Source: Anthoceros angustus
Taxonomy: Eukaryota; Plantae; Anthocerotophyta
NCBI GenBank assembly: GCA_010909165.1
Contig: MU008170.1
Location: forward strand, 1,612,001 to 1,676,000
DNA: 64,000 nt
Direction of reading: 5' to 3'
This document shows positions 34,901 through 47,955 of this stretch, piece by piece (positions within the stretch are counted from its first letter, which is position 1; each line of letters starts with the position of its first letter). The notes beneath the pieces are model-generated. The model ran no database searches. It was not told the DNA's origin and worked only from the letters and a program-made list of their open reading frames with translations. A program made the translations under genes and the position numbers.

Positions 34901-36288
34901 ATCCCCCTTTCCATTTCCATTATGTCCCCATTCATCCGCGCCGTTATTGCCTTAGGCATTTTGACATGCCCCAAGGATCGTGCCTGTTGTGGGAGGTCCC
35001 TCAATAATGCCTCATCTAGCAAAGCTTCATCCGCACTTGAAGTGGTCAGGTATGATCCACGCGTGAAAACCACTTCCAAGGGCACCGCACTAATGTTATT
35101 CTCCACAATGATAGCAATTTCCTTCCGATCCACCCAAAAGGCTTCCAACCACTTGTACTCTTCAGCGATCGACTATGGACACAAATCTTTTAACCCTTCA
35201 CGAATGGGCCACACCTTCCATCGTGATAGGATACTGCCTTCTTGTCCCCCTAGCTTCATGCAGTGGGATGGTGCTAAGGGAGGCGCCCGCCACTGGCGCC
35301 TCCCCGGCACTCATGGGCGCCGGCCACGCCCTCCTCACCCGCCCATGGCGGCCGGCGCCCGCCACCGCCACGCCCATGGGCGCCGGCCCCCGCCCGCCCG
35401 CCCCAACACGCCATGCCCCATGGGCGCCCGGCCGGCGCCCTCCCCTGCCTACCCATGGGCGCCGGCCCGTGCCCCATGGGCTCCTCATAGGCTGTCTTTA
35501 AGAAAATAAATATTTAGCGGCTCAAGAGAATCACAACTTGGGACTGTTTGGTCAAGTGTTTGGGAACAAAGTGTAGTAATGAATAGGTTTCATGTTCAAA
35601 ACCTATATGACCTTAACAACTCAAATTTGTTGATTTTAAGGATGCTTGCATGGGCGCATGGGCAACTAACTTTGTTCATTTTAAGGATGCTGGCATTGCC
35701 TTAAAGCCCAAGTGGTTGCATTGAGTGCGGAAGGTTGAAGACCACATTGGCGACCTTTTGGATGAGGTCGTGACTAGATGTTGTGTGGCGATCGACACCG
35801 TGACAGCGGGCCCAAGAATGGTACTATTGAAGACGAGCAAGCAATGGAGAGAGCGACAACTTTGAGGCGGAGGATATGGACCGCCTCCGAATATGGCGGT
35901 GGTACTTGACTCAGTGTCGGTGCAAGGCATGGATGAGTCGCCAAGCCGCACTCTTCAATGACTATTGTCGATGCTGATGACCACTCCCTCCTTTAGCAGT
36001 TGTTTGTTGCAATGTTCTCACGACCATTGAAATTAGACTCCCGCTAGTACAAGATTGTTTTCATTGTGTTCCACCACTTCAAAGTAAAAGTTTTCGGTTG
36101 TAATAAACATATGAAAATGGCAGCCCTCTAAACATTCTACAAAAACGTAGACGGGCCCACACCCTACTGTGCTCCAGTTCTAGGGTGTAGACTTGAAAGT
36201 GCGTGCTTTATCACAGGTATGACCTCAGAAAAGGTGTGCGCATTATCAAAGTAGGGCACATATGCTCTTCTAAGAAAGGTGTTCTTCA
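31984..36288. mobile_element. Composite insertion of unclear class interrupting the Gypsy integrase; internally duplicated
   Basis: Integrase reads GLF(F) before and RWSCDL after the insert, and TTA appears at both junctions. The insert contains a degenerate unidentified minus-strand ORF and a GC-rich DNA-transposon-like end. No TIR was found. Confidence 0.55.
35267..35490. repeat. GC-rich clustered CCCATGGGCGCC/GGCGCC palindromic repeats (DNA-transposon subterminal-like)
   Basis: At least five CCATGGG/ATGGGCGCC motifs in about 220 bp, starting after CAGTGGGATGGTGCTAAGGGAGGCGCC. Confidence 0.55.
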
Positions 36289-36990
36289 TTAGGTGGTCTT
36301 GTGACTTGCCAGCGAACTACCCAAGACACCACACATGAATGTCTATATTCTCGTTATGATGGAGCACTTCTCCAAGTGGGTAGAGGTGGTGGCCCTACCA
36401 GATAAGAGCTCTCGAAGCACAGCTTAAGCTTTCCTTCAGAATGTGTTGAGTCGCTTTGGCAGCTGCGTCGAATGTCTGATAGACCAAGCGTATGAATTCA
36501 GAGGAGAATTCCAAGACCTGCTGGAGCACTCGTCGACCATCGCAGGACCAGTCGAGACCACCCTCAGGTTGATGGCCTTGCTGAATGGATGGTACAGACT
36601 ATCAAGAAGGGTATGAGGAAGCTTTTCCTTCAAATGCCAAAGACGAAGTGGGACTTGGCTCTCCCATACATCGCCATGGGCTACCGCATGAGCCGGCATG
36701 CCTCCTTGGCACATTTCAGTCCTTATCTCTTGCTGTTTGGAAGGGATCCCATGCCACCCAGTTCCATTGCTAAGCAACTTTATGAGGTGGTGGATCTGGA
36801 CGATCCTGTAACTTGGGCAATGGTCATAGGTTAGCGTGCAGCGCTGTTTCGGTAGGCCATATGGCCATGGCTAATCTGAGAATTGCCCAACATCGGGACA
36901 CCCTCCGGTACGCACATTCACGCAGCGGCAGTTTCAGGCCCAAGCTCAAGAAGTTCCAGGTTGGGGACTTTGTCTACTTGCAGAGGCCAG
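36289..36990 (+). mobile_element. Gypsy integrase core and C-terminal fragment (duplicated at about 37730-38375)
   Basis: MEHFSKWVEVVALPDK..MVQTIKKGMRK..WDLALPYIAMGYR..FSPYLLLFGRDP..AQHRDTLRYA..FQVGDFVYLQRP. Confidence 0.9.
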
Positions 36991-39900
36991 TAGGGGATTG
37001 TGGGCAAGGGAAGAATGGTAGACTCCCCCTTAGGAATAATAGGAGTTGTTTTTGTTTTTTTTTGGTGTTTGGTGTGAGGAATAAGGTGGTAGAGGAAGAA
37101 AATAAGGCTGAACAGACTGGATCGCGATGGACGGGGGAGACGCGAGGAAGGGGCCTCGCTGGACTTCGGAGGAACTCCGAAGGAACTCTGGAGCAGACTA
37201 AAGTGAAGTCCGATGGAAGGAGTGACCGGGGAGCGGGTGTGGAGCGCAATTTGGCAAGCAGGACACGTGGACGGTGCCGAGTGGGTGACTGACATGCAGC
37301 GGACCAGGATAGTAGAATGACTAACTATGGCGGTTATAGTTAGTAGCCGTAATAGGCAGGTAACCACGACCCAAGGACATGCGCCAAGAAGGCGGCGGGC
37401 GTGAAGTTCCAGTACATGATGCAGGACTCTGGCAGTTACTGGCAGCAAAAGGACACCTTCCCGCGCATCAATTAAGCTCGACGCCCCGCTGCTGAGAGAA
37501 GGTCATCTTCTTGGACTACTTCTCAGCAGTTCTCTCAGTCACTCACGCTCAGGCACCCCGCTCTTTGGCACTTTCTCTTGGGGTTCGGCAGCCGGTGACC
37601 TTCGACTCCTTCAGGCTCATCAATTTCTCCGGGGTTCGGGGCGGAGAGCATTACGGCCCCCGCCCTCGAGAAAAGGTGTGCGCATTATCAAAGTAGGGCA
37701 CATATGCTCTTCTAAGAAAGGTGTTCTTCATTAGGTGGTCTTGTGACTTGCCGAACTACCCCACCACACATGAATGTCTATATTCTCGTTATGATGGAGC
37801 ACTTCTCCAAGTGGGTAGAGGTGGTGGCCCTACCAGATAAGAGCTCTCGAAGCACAGCCTAAGCTTTCCTTCAGAATGTGTTGAGTCGCTTTGGCGTCGA
37901 ATGTCGATAGACCAAGCGTGAATTCGGAGGAGAATTCCAAGACCTCTTTGGAGCACTCGTCGACCATCGCAGACGATCGAGACCACCCTCGGGTTGATGG
38001 CCTTCGAATGGATGTCTGACTATCAAGAAGGGTATGAGGAAGCTTTTCCTTCAAATGCCAAAGGCAAGTGGGACTTGGCTCTCCCATACATCGCCATGGG
38101 CTCTGCATGAGCATGCATGCCTCCTTGGCACATTTCGTCCTTATCTCTTCTTTGTTGGAAGGGATCCCATGCCACCAGTTCCATTGCTAAGCAACTTTGA
38201 GGTGGTGGATCGGGCGATCCGTAACTTGGGCAATGGTCATAGGTTAGCGTCTGCTTTGATGAGCCATATGGCCATGGCTAATCGAGAATTGCCCAACATC
38301 GGACACCCTCGGCGCACATTCACGCAGGTTTGCCCAAGCTCAAGAAGTTCGGGTTGGGGACTTTGTCTACGAGGCCGAGGGGATTGTGGGCAAGGGAAGA
38401 ATGGTAGACTCCCCCTTAGGAATAATAGGAGTTGTTTTTGTTTTTTTTTGGTGTTTGGTGTGAGGAATAAGGTGGTAGAGGAAGAAAATAAATTTGAGCA
38501 ATTTGGATCGCGATGGGAGAGGCGAGGAAGGGGCCTCGCTGGACTTGGAGGAACTCGAAGGAACTCTGGAGCGGAACTAAAGTGAAGTCCGATGGAAGGA
38601 GTGACCGGGAGGCGGGTGTGGGCATAATTTGGCAAGCGGGACACGTGGGCGGTGTGAGTGGGTGGCCACATGCAGCCGGACAGGATAGTAGAATGACTAA
38701 CTATGGCGGTTATAGTTAGTAGCCGTAATAGGCGGTAACCACGACCAGGACATGCGCCAAGAAGGCGGCGGGCGTGAAGTTCCGATTACATGATGCGGGA
38801 CTCTGGCGATTCTTGTGACAAAAGGACACCTTCCAGCGCATCAATTAAGCTCGGCGAGAAGGTCATCTTCTTGGACTACTTCTCAGCAGTTCTCTCAGTC
38901 ACTCACGCTCAGGCACCCCGCTCTTTGGCACTTTCTCTTCCGAGGTTCGAGCGCAACGCCCGGTGACCTTCGACTCCTTCCGGCTCATCAATTTCTCCGG
39001 GGTTCAGGAGCGCAGAGAGCATTACGGCCCGCCCTACCTCAGCAGCAAAACGTGCGGCAAGCACACATGGGGCCCAAGAAGGCGGTAGAGGTCTTGAAGC
39101 TCTGGCGCAAGGTGGAGCGGAACATAGTGACCCGGCGCTACCCCGATTTTGACCCATAGCTTGCCGAAGCGGGTGAGCTAGTGCAGGAGTGGCACCTGGA
39201 CATCTTCCAGGTGGTGTGGACCTACGAGAACGTGGCGCTGGTCCAGGAGTACGCCCAGAAGATGATGGCAGCGGCGAGCAAGGCCGTCCGCTCAAAACGT
39301 TTGAGGGAGGACCCGAGGCGATTGACAGTGGAGGTCCTTCGTGCGGTGTACAATCGCCCAGCAGAGGAGGTTGGGGGCGTAGTACCAGAGCCCGTGAAGG
39401 TGAAGGGGAGGTTGGAGGCAGCCAAGGTGGCACTGTTGAAGCCCGGAACTCAGAGGTCCTCCAACGGATGGTTGATGTCGGACCTACTGGACTGGCGGGT
39501 GAGGGCAGTGGCGAAAATCATCGTCCACTGAAACATGCTCACCAAGGTGGAGCACCTGGGGGATAACCTACTGGTCTTCCTGCACGCCCTCCTGAGGGGC
39601 AAGAGGGCAAACTGGGAGCGAATTATCTTCGCCCGAATAGCCCAGGAGGCTCGGAAGCTGCGCAACGAGCGGCCTCCCCCTTCAGCGTTGTCCCTTTTCA
39701 TTTTGCATGTCTAGGGACACCACAACCTCCTGAAGGAGGGTAAGGAGGAGCAGGAGCCCTCAGGCAGCCACTATCGGAGGGAGAGAGGAGGCCACAGCAG
39801 ACTAGGATGGAGGCGCGAAAGAAGAAGCAGGCGCCCAGCTCCACCGCCCCGTGACGGCGCCGGTGCCCTTGCCCATGACAACGGAGTGGGCGGAGGCAAA

Positions 39901-42100
39901 GCGACTGCGCGAAGGCGAGAGGACCTGCCAAGGCGCGGGAGGCCACTAGCGACCTCACCGGGCGGTCCTCTCTACAAGGAGAGGGAAGAGAGCTAGCGCC
40001 CGAACCCCTTCACCCCCACCGGACCCCGAGTGAAGGAGAGCGGAGAAGGAATTGGCCGCGAAACGGGCCAAAGAGGTGGACGGACCTACTCCAGACGGAC
40101 AGGACCTAAGGGTCCTGAATGGGTCCGGAGCACCCAACCCGGACTCGCTCCGGAGTGTGGTCTGGCGGTCCTTGACGGACCGGGAGATGCCTGCGCCCTC
40201 GGCGGGGTTTTTGGGAGCATCGCCGGCGGTGGCCGTGGAGAAGATACGGCGGGTCTTGGCGGCCGTCGTGGATGGCACGTTGTGGGGTCTCTACGGTACC
40301 GCAGAGAAGACTCAGGAAGTGGAAACCACCCGAAGACGAATGGTGGAACTTTAGAGTCAGATGGAGGCGGCCCAAGCAGGCGGAATCCCTTGCCCGGATC
40401 GAAGAAGAGAAGTGCCGGATGGCGGAAAGGGAGGCGAGGTCCACCCAACAAGATAGGGCTCGGGTGCTTCAGCTGTGCGAACAGTTGAAGCATGCCCGGG
40501 AGGCTCAGGCACGAGCAGAGGACCAAACCAGCAAATGGAGGCGGCGAGGGTGGCAGCAGAGGCGTCGTCGGCCAGCGAGGAGGCTGGCGACAGTGGCTCA
40601 CGTGGAGGAGGCGAGCCAGTGGAGGCTCGGTGAAGGAGCCAAGGAAGTTGAGGCCACCACCAAGACAGAGCGGGACTACTACCGCAGGACGGAACCTCGA
40701 GGCGGTGGAGTAGCCACAACTTACTGAAGGAGGAGCGGTGCGCGAACAACACGCATGGCCCATGGGGCAGAAATGGAGGAGCGACTAAGGGAGCTGGGGG
40801 ACCTTCGAATGCAGCTCCAAGAGGTGGGAGAGGCGCGTCAAGAGCTGGAAGGTCAGAAGGAGACCCTGGAGCTAGGGCTCCAGGTAGTGGAAGAAAGGAA
40901 CGGGCTTCTCCAGGGATGGATCGGGGACCACAAGCGCGAGATAGAGAGGCTCCAACTCTGCCTGAGAGTAGAGGAGAGTCATCGACGAAGCAAGGAATTA
41001 GACGTCGCAGAGGTTCAGAAGGAGCTAGCCGATGCCAACCGCTTGATTGAACTCCCGGGCCGGTTGGAGAGGGACATGGCGATCTGAGCGGTGGCGGACC
41101 CGGCGGCAATGGAAGAACGAGGCGGTTGCTGGTGCATGCGCGAAGGAGAGAATCCGAGCCTTGACAAGGCGGTTGGCGGTCTGAAGGAGCAGGGAGGCAG
41201 GCGAGCCAACGAGAAGCAACGGCTTCAGGAGATGGCGGAAGCCTCCCTAACGGCTTCCAAGGATGCTGCCAGGGCTAGGCTATAGGGCCTCGGGGATGGA
41301 ACGGCCCAATAGGCGACTAGGCACGCCCGGTTACCTGAGAACCCCTGGAGACGGGAGTACCGAATTCTCAGGGCCCACGTGGAGGAGGCCATCCAGCAGG
41401 TCGACTTGGACTTTGCGTACTACCATGCGGAGCTCCTGAGGGCGGTGGGTGCAGTCCACCAGGCGGCCGAGTTTGCAGGGCCACCAGAGGAGTCGGAGGG
41501 GACCTAAGAAGGTCTCAGAGAAAGCGCGGCTGCAGAGAACTTGGGTGCCCAGTTCGGGGATGAGAGCAGTAGCGAGGAGGGCCCGACGGACGGAAGGCGG
41601 TCGGGGGAAGACGGCGGAGCAGCCACGACGGAGCAAGAGGTAGGTCCTCCGCACCCACCGCCCAGCACGGGGGGTGTAGGTGAAGGTGCTCCAGAGGAGG
41701 GAAGACCGGAAAGGGGGGAGAGACGGCGCGGGGGGACATGGAATCCTCGGAGGCGGGTTCAGACTTGGAAGTCCGGATACCAGGGGCGGACCCGGACTTG
41801 GAATTCTGGATGCTAGAGGAGTGTCCGGTCACAGAAGTCCGGACCCCTGGGGAAAGACCGAACTTGGAGGTCCGGACTCCAGAGGAGAGGACGGGCCCAG
41901 AGGTCCGGACTCGGGAGGTGAGGACCGACTTAGAGGTCCAACCTCCAATGCTAATGGCGGACTTGGTCGAGGGCCAGGCTCGACCAGTCCAGGACAAAAG
42001 GACCTCGGACGGACCTGAGCGCTAGGGATCCACCAAGGCACCAGGGGACGGCAAGGAGGAGGATTTAATAGTAACAAACGTTGTCAGTCCACCTCGAGTG
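36991..42100 (+). mobile_element. Second inserted element with a degenerate accessory/coiled-coil ORF (about 39066-41290); probably retroelement-related
   Basis: It begins abruptly inside the integrase tail. Its leader has a perfect 9-bp hairpin (ACTAACTAT-GGCGGTT-ATAGTTAGT at 37320 and 38696). The stop-riddled ORF includes ..KRANWERIIFARIAQEARKL..ALSPFILHV and a coiled coil, and GAGGTCCGGACTC repeats lie near 41800-41950. Confidence 0.5.
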
Positions 42101-42879
42101 GCCCAGCCTGACCGGGTTAGAGGAAGGGGAAGGGCCTCTGCGGGACTCCGGGGGTCAAGAATAATTCGATTGGGCGCTCCTCAGGCGCCAATCATCATTT
42201 CATCTGGCAAGTGGTTGCTCATAAGCAAGTGTAGCTACAGTATGTCAATATTGGCGATAACAAATCAGACCTGCTCACTAAGGGACTGTCCAAGGTACTC
42301 CACGAGAAGCATGTAAGGAGTATAGGACTGCTGAGCAAGGAAGCTTATGTGGGTGATGGAGCTCTGAGCTCCCTCAAGCGAAGCTTGAGGGGGGCACATC
42401 GACTTCTGCCAGCACATCTTGATCACCATGCACTCTTCATCAGCTCTCCTCACCGTCATCCGTAGGCAAAGGTTGGGAGTTTGCAATTTTGAACCTTTCT
42501 AGACTTACACCTTGCCGTGCATCCTGCAAAGCCGACCGCAAGGCGCTCTTGCGTGTTCGGAACACTGGCTGCCCTGTTTTCGAATCTGTGCCTGGGTACT
42601 CCAGCTTGCTCGAGACTTTCGATTTTCTAGCTCATATATGAGATTAGGTGACTGGCAACCTAGAGAAGCTACCAGATGGTGGAGAGGACGCTCGAGAACG
42701 GTTGGAGACAAGCATGCCTGATGGACGTCATGGCGAGCGTAGAACGAAGAACTCGGATCGGCGAGTGTTGTGGAGATAGGGGTCTTGATTGGGAGACGGG
42801 TTAAGTTTAGGGCACGTTTCGCGAAACTCGGACGTAAAACAATGTTTAAGTAGCAGTTGATATAGTTGAGTAAAATTTC

Positions 42880-45800
42880 GGCATTATCAAGCGCCTCATG
42901 ATTACAACTCACTTGGCCGTGTATATATACCCATTTTTTTTGCCTTTCAACAAAATATTCCTCTCGCTCCGATTCTTTACTATTTCTCCGTATCCCCTCA
43001 TTTTTTTTTTTTTTCTCCCTTCCCATTTTTCCGTTTTTCCCCTTCTCCTCATCTTCCATATTTATATTATTTTCTCATTTTATCTTTTTTTACCAATATC
43101 TTTTCTAAATAACTCTCTCTTTCCTTCCCTTCTCTCTCCCAGTCCTCATGCCCTTTTCCCTCTCCCAATGTGCCGATCTACACTCCCTCGGCGACTTATG
43201 TTGCACCAATTGATTCGACCAAGTTTCGGCATTCTCAAGCGCCTCATGATTACAACTCACTTGACGTGTATATATACCCATTTTTTTTGCCTTTCAATAA
43301 AACATTCCTCTCGCTCAAGAGGAAGATTCTTTACTATTTCTCCATATCCTCTCATTTCTTTTTTTTCTCCTTCCCATTTTTTTTCCCTTCTCTTCATCTT
43401 CCATATTTATATTGTTTTCTCATGTTATCCTTTTTTTACCAATATCTTCTCTACATACCTCTCTCTTTCCTTCCCTTCTCTCTCCCGATCCTCATGCCCT
43501 TTTCCCTCTCCCAATGTGCCGATCCACACTCCCTTGGCGACTTATGTTGCTCCAATTCGTTCGACCAAGTTTCTGGCACAATGACCTTCCCAGTGTGAGC
43601 CATCACGCAATCAAATTCCTAGTGTGAGTCCGAAGGCGTTAGAGTATTTGACAATGGATCTATGAAGGAACCAAATATCTCTTCCTGTGCGTTTGAAGGC
43701 GCTACAGTATTATCCTATAAGTTGAAAAGCACTAGAATATTTTTCTGTGAGTTTGAAGGCGCTAGAGTATTATCATGTAAGTTGGAAGGTACTAGAGTAT
43801 TTTCGTGTGAGTTTGAAGGTGCTAGCCTATTAACCTGTGAGTTGGAAGGCACTACAATATTGGTCCTGCGAGTTTGAAGGCGCTAAAATACTTTCTTGTG
43901 AGCTTGAAGGCGCTAGAGTACTTTCTTGTGGGTTCAGAGCTGCTAGAGTACTTGATAATGGATGGATGGATGACCGGATTTCTTCATCAGGTTCATGCTA
44001 GAGGTGTCCGGTCAGAAGTCCGGACCCACAGGAAAGACCGAACTTGGAGGTCCGGACTCGAGAGGAGAGGCGGGCCCAGAGGTCCGAGACTCGGGAGGTG
44101 AGGACCGACAGAGGTCCAACCTCAATGCTAATGGCGGACTTGGTCGAGGCGAGCTCGACCCAGATAAAAGGACCTCGACGGACTGGCGCTAGGGATCCAC
44201 CAAGGCACGAGGGACGGCAAGGAGGAGGATTTAATAGTAACAAACGCGTTGTCGTCCACCTCGAGTGGCCTGTGACCGGGTTAGAGGAAGGGCCTCCTGC
44301 GGGACTCGGGGTCAAGAATAATTCGATTGCGCTCCTCGCGCCAATCATCATTCATCGGCAAGTGGTTGCTCATAAGCAAGTGTAGCTACTGATGTCAATA
44401 TTGGCGATAACAAATCGGACACACTCACTAAGGGACATCCCAAGGTACTCCACGAGAAGCATGTAAGGAGTATAGGAGGCTGAGCAAGGAAGCTTATGTG
44501 GGTGATGGAGCTGAGCTCCCTCAAGCTTGAGGGGGCACATACCACGACATCTTGATCACCATGCACTCTTCATCGACTCTCCTCACCGTCATCCGTAGGT
44601 AGGCAAGGTTGGAGTTTGCAATTTTGAACCTTTCTAGACTTACACCTTGCCGTGCATCCTGCAAAGCCGACCGCAAGGCGCTCTTGCGTGTTGAACACGT
44701 TTGAATCATGCTGGGTACTCACTTGCTCGAGACTTTCGATTTTCTAGCTCATATATGAGATTAGGTGACTGGCAACCTAGAGAAGCTACCAGATGGTGGA
44801 GAGGACGCTCGAGAACGGTTGGAGACAAGCATGCCTGATGGACGTCATGGCGAGCGTAGAACGAAGAACTTCGGATCAGCAGCGAGGGGGAGTGTTGTGG
44901 AGATAGGGGGTCTTGACGCTGGCAGACCGAAGTTAAGTTTAGGGCACGTTTCGCGAAACTCGGACGTAAAACAATGTTTAAGTAGCAGTTGATATAGTTG
45001 AGTAAAATTTCGGCATTATCAACTGCCTCATGACAGTTACAACTCACTTGACCGTGTATATATACCCATTTTGCCTTTCAACAAAATATTCCTCTTTCGC
45101 TCAAGCGGATTCTTTACTATTTCTCCGTATCCCCTCATTTTTTTTTTTTTTCTCCCTTCCCATTTTTCCGTTTTTCCCCTTCTCCTCATCTTCCATATTT
45201 ATATTATTTTCTCATTTTATCTTTTTTTACCAATATCTTTTCTAAATAACTCTCTCTTTCCTTCCCTTCTCTCTCCCAGTCCTCATGCCCTTTTCCCTCT
45301 CCCAATGTGCCGATCTACACTCCCTCGGCGAGTTATGTTGCACCAATTCGTTCGACCAAGTTTCTGGCACAATGACCTTCCCAGTGTGAGCCATCACGCA
45401 ATCAAATTCCTAGTGTGAGTCCGAAGGCGTTAGAGTATTTGACAATGGATCTATGAAGGAACCAAATATCTCTTCCTGTGCGTTTGAAGGCGCTTAGAGT
45501 TATCCTATAAGTTGAAGCACTAGAATATTTTTCTATGAGTTTGAAGGCGCTTAGAGTATTATCATGTAAGTTGGAAGGTACTAGAGTATTTTCGTGTGAG
45601 TTTGAAGGCTAGCCTATTAGAGTTGGAAGGCACTACAATATTGGTCCTGAGTTTGAAGGCGCTAAAATACTTTCTTGTGAGCTTGAAGGCGCTTAGAGTA
45701 CTTTCTGTGGAGTACTTGATAATGGATGGATGGATGACCCAGATGTCTCTTCCTTCTGTGAGGTTGCAGGTGCTAGAGTAGTTAACAATGGATGGATGGA

Positions 45801-47590
45801 TGAATCAAGGATTTCTTCCTGCGTGGTTCTGAGAGTTAGAGCGGTACTTCTTAGCCGGCTATGCAGGTGACTCCAACTGGAACATGAAGCGAGCTCAACC
45901 AAATAATCTGAGGGATGATTGAGCTCCTTAGTATCATACAGCCCCATTATGATTGCCTTGCGGTCATATGCTTTTCCAGCTTCCTCTTTTTTATCCCAAC
46001 AATTGTAGGTTTTGCCGCTAGAACGGCGTGTCACCTCAACCTCAACAACTTGCTGGACCGTACCTATTCGGCCCTGACTACTGTAAAAAACGAAAGCCTC
46101 ATATGTGGTCTCCCTAAGAGCATCTTCCGGCACATCTATAGTTGTTTCATCTCTTCTTCTCCTGATATATACACCATGTGGAAGGTCTCCGCACACATGA
46201 CGGGAGAAGAATTTGCGCTTTTGTTGAACTTCCATCCTCACAAACCCTATTACTTCCCGCCAATCTACAATGGCCACCCAATCCGGTCGTTGCAGGCACT
46301 GTAGATATGTCTCTAAGGATGCAGGATCTTTGAAGTTGAGCTTCACTTGTGTTCGACGCTTGAAGCCACATAAAAACAGCTTGATTTGCACCAGGTCCCA
46401 GAATCTGGCTGCATCTATGTCTTTTTCGAACTGCCCCAAATGAACCTGGTGGACCTTCTTCAGTGGGCCGTGAGTCGGCGTGGCGTGCCATCGGATACAT
46501 TATACGACTTGTGAATAGAATGCCAATGCACTCCGTGATACCTGTGTTACCTCCTCCATCACCATGGTTACGTCTTCACTCGACCTCCTCCATCACCATG
46601 CTGTTAAAGGCGTCTTCACTCCCGGTATTCGCTATTTTGTTGCGCCTTAGGGATGGTGGTGCTTCACCACGATCGTCATCATCCTTTCTAGATCGACCAT
46701 GGTGGGAGGCATGGTTGAGGTCTTTCTTGACTTCCATGATCAAATCCACCACGTCTACCAGCTTCAACGTATACTTAGAAATCAGTCCGGAAGGGTCTTT
46801 AGTTTGGAAGTTCCAAGGTAAGGAAGGAGTGTCACCACCCTCATCCTCATGCTTCCTTGCGTCTTCAATGTAGAAACCAATGTGGGCATCCGATTCTAGG
46901 AATCTGTCCACCCACGTGTAAGGTACAACGCTAATGGGAGCATCATCATTAGCCATAAGAGAATAGAAAGGACTAAAGGTAAATAAGAATAAAGAAAGAA
47001 CCCAAAGGAATATGGATAGGTAACTCTCTGACATCAAACTAATGATAACCTCGAAGAGAGCGATGAGAAAACTAAACATACTAATGAAATTCAAAAGAAT
47101 GGATGATAATGATATTCTTTATCAAACATCAAGATTGGATATATGATGTTTGAATATAGTGGGGCTCACATACATATATAGCCCAAATAGGAAAAATGGG
47201 TTTCATGCACTATGTCCCATAATATTCTTTATCATACAATAAGATTCGATATATCATGTTTGAATATATATGGTGGGGCTCACATACATATATAGCCCAA
47301 AATAGAAAAAATGAGTTCGGTGCACCATGTCATATATTTCGATGAGTTCGAGATTTGATTTATTAGTAGATTATTGATTAAGTTTTTTAAAAAGTAAAGG
47401 GTTACTCTACAATATTTTAATATTTAGTACATTATTTTAAAATTAAATTTCTAGCATCTAAATTAAAATAATAATTATATAAATATAAGTTTATATCTGC
47501 ATACTATTTTATTGTATGAAAATAATAATTATTCTATAAATGTCAGCTTATGATGAAGCCATCGTATAGGGAAGGTAAGGGAAGATGGAG
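42880..47590 (-). mobile_element. AP2-carrying repeated element, copy 2 (inverted, partly duplicated)
   Basis: Reverse-complement similarity to 5675-8360. The 3' tail is present twice because of a tandem duplication. Confidence 0.65.
45693..46956 (-). pseudogene. Frameshifted copy of the double-AP2 gene
   Basis: MANDDAPISVVPYTWVDRFLESDAHIG.. and LGQFEKDIDAARFWDLVQIKL.. are nearly identical to the 6321-7814 protein but split over several frames. Confidence 0.9.
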
Positions 47591-47599
47591 AGTGCTTGA

Positions 47600-47955
47600 G
47601 CACCATTAATGGCGTTCTCCACGTGCCTGCAACGACAAGAACTTGCTATCTGCGTGCAAGCTAGCAACTAATTAAACACGACCTTACAATCACTTTCGAA
47701 GGTAATCATTGCACCATCTGGCACTCAAGGGACCCCTCTCGTACGCTCTCCGAGTGCAGTTCATGCACAATTCTGCCGACAGCTCCTTCATCCATCAGGA
47801 CACTACGTCGACAAGCTGCTAGAGAGATTCAAGCTAGGCGATGCCAAGCCCGTCTCCACTTCTATTGCTTCCGGCGAGAAGGTATCCGCCGAGGACTGCC
47901 CCCCAACTCCAGAAGAAGCTCAAGAGATGTCCCAGGTGCCCTACAACAAGGCCGT
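47600..47955 (+). mobile_element. Copia RT fragment
   Basis: HYVDKLLERFKLGDAKPVSTSIASGEKVSAEDCPPTPEEAQEMSQVPYNKAV. Confidence 0.8.

Noticed and set aside
42883-42890. TGATAATG as the start of an LTR next to the AP2 element
   Set aside because: The same sequence recurs inside a ~340-bp internal tandem unit (TGAGAATG at about 43230), and no partner LTR, PBS or PPT was found.
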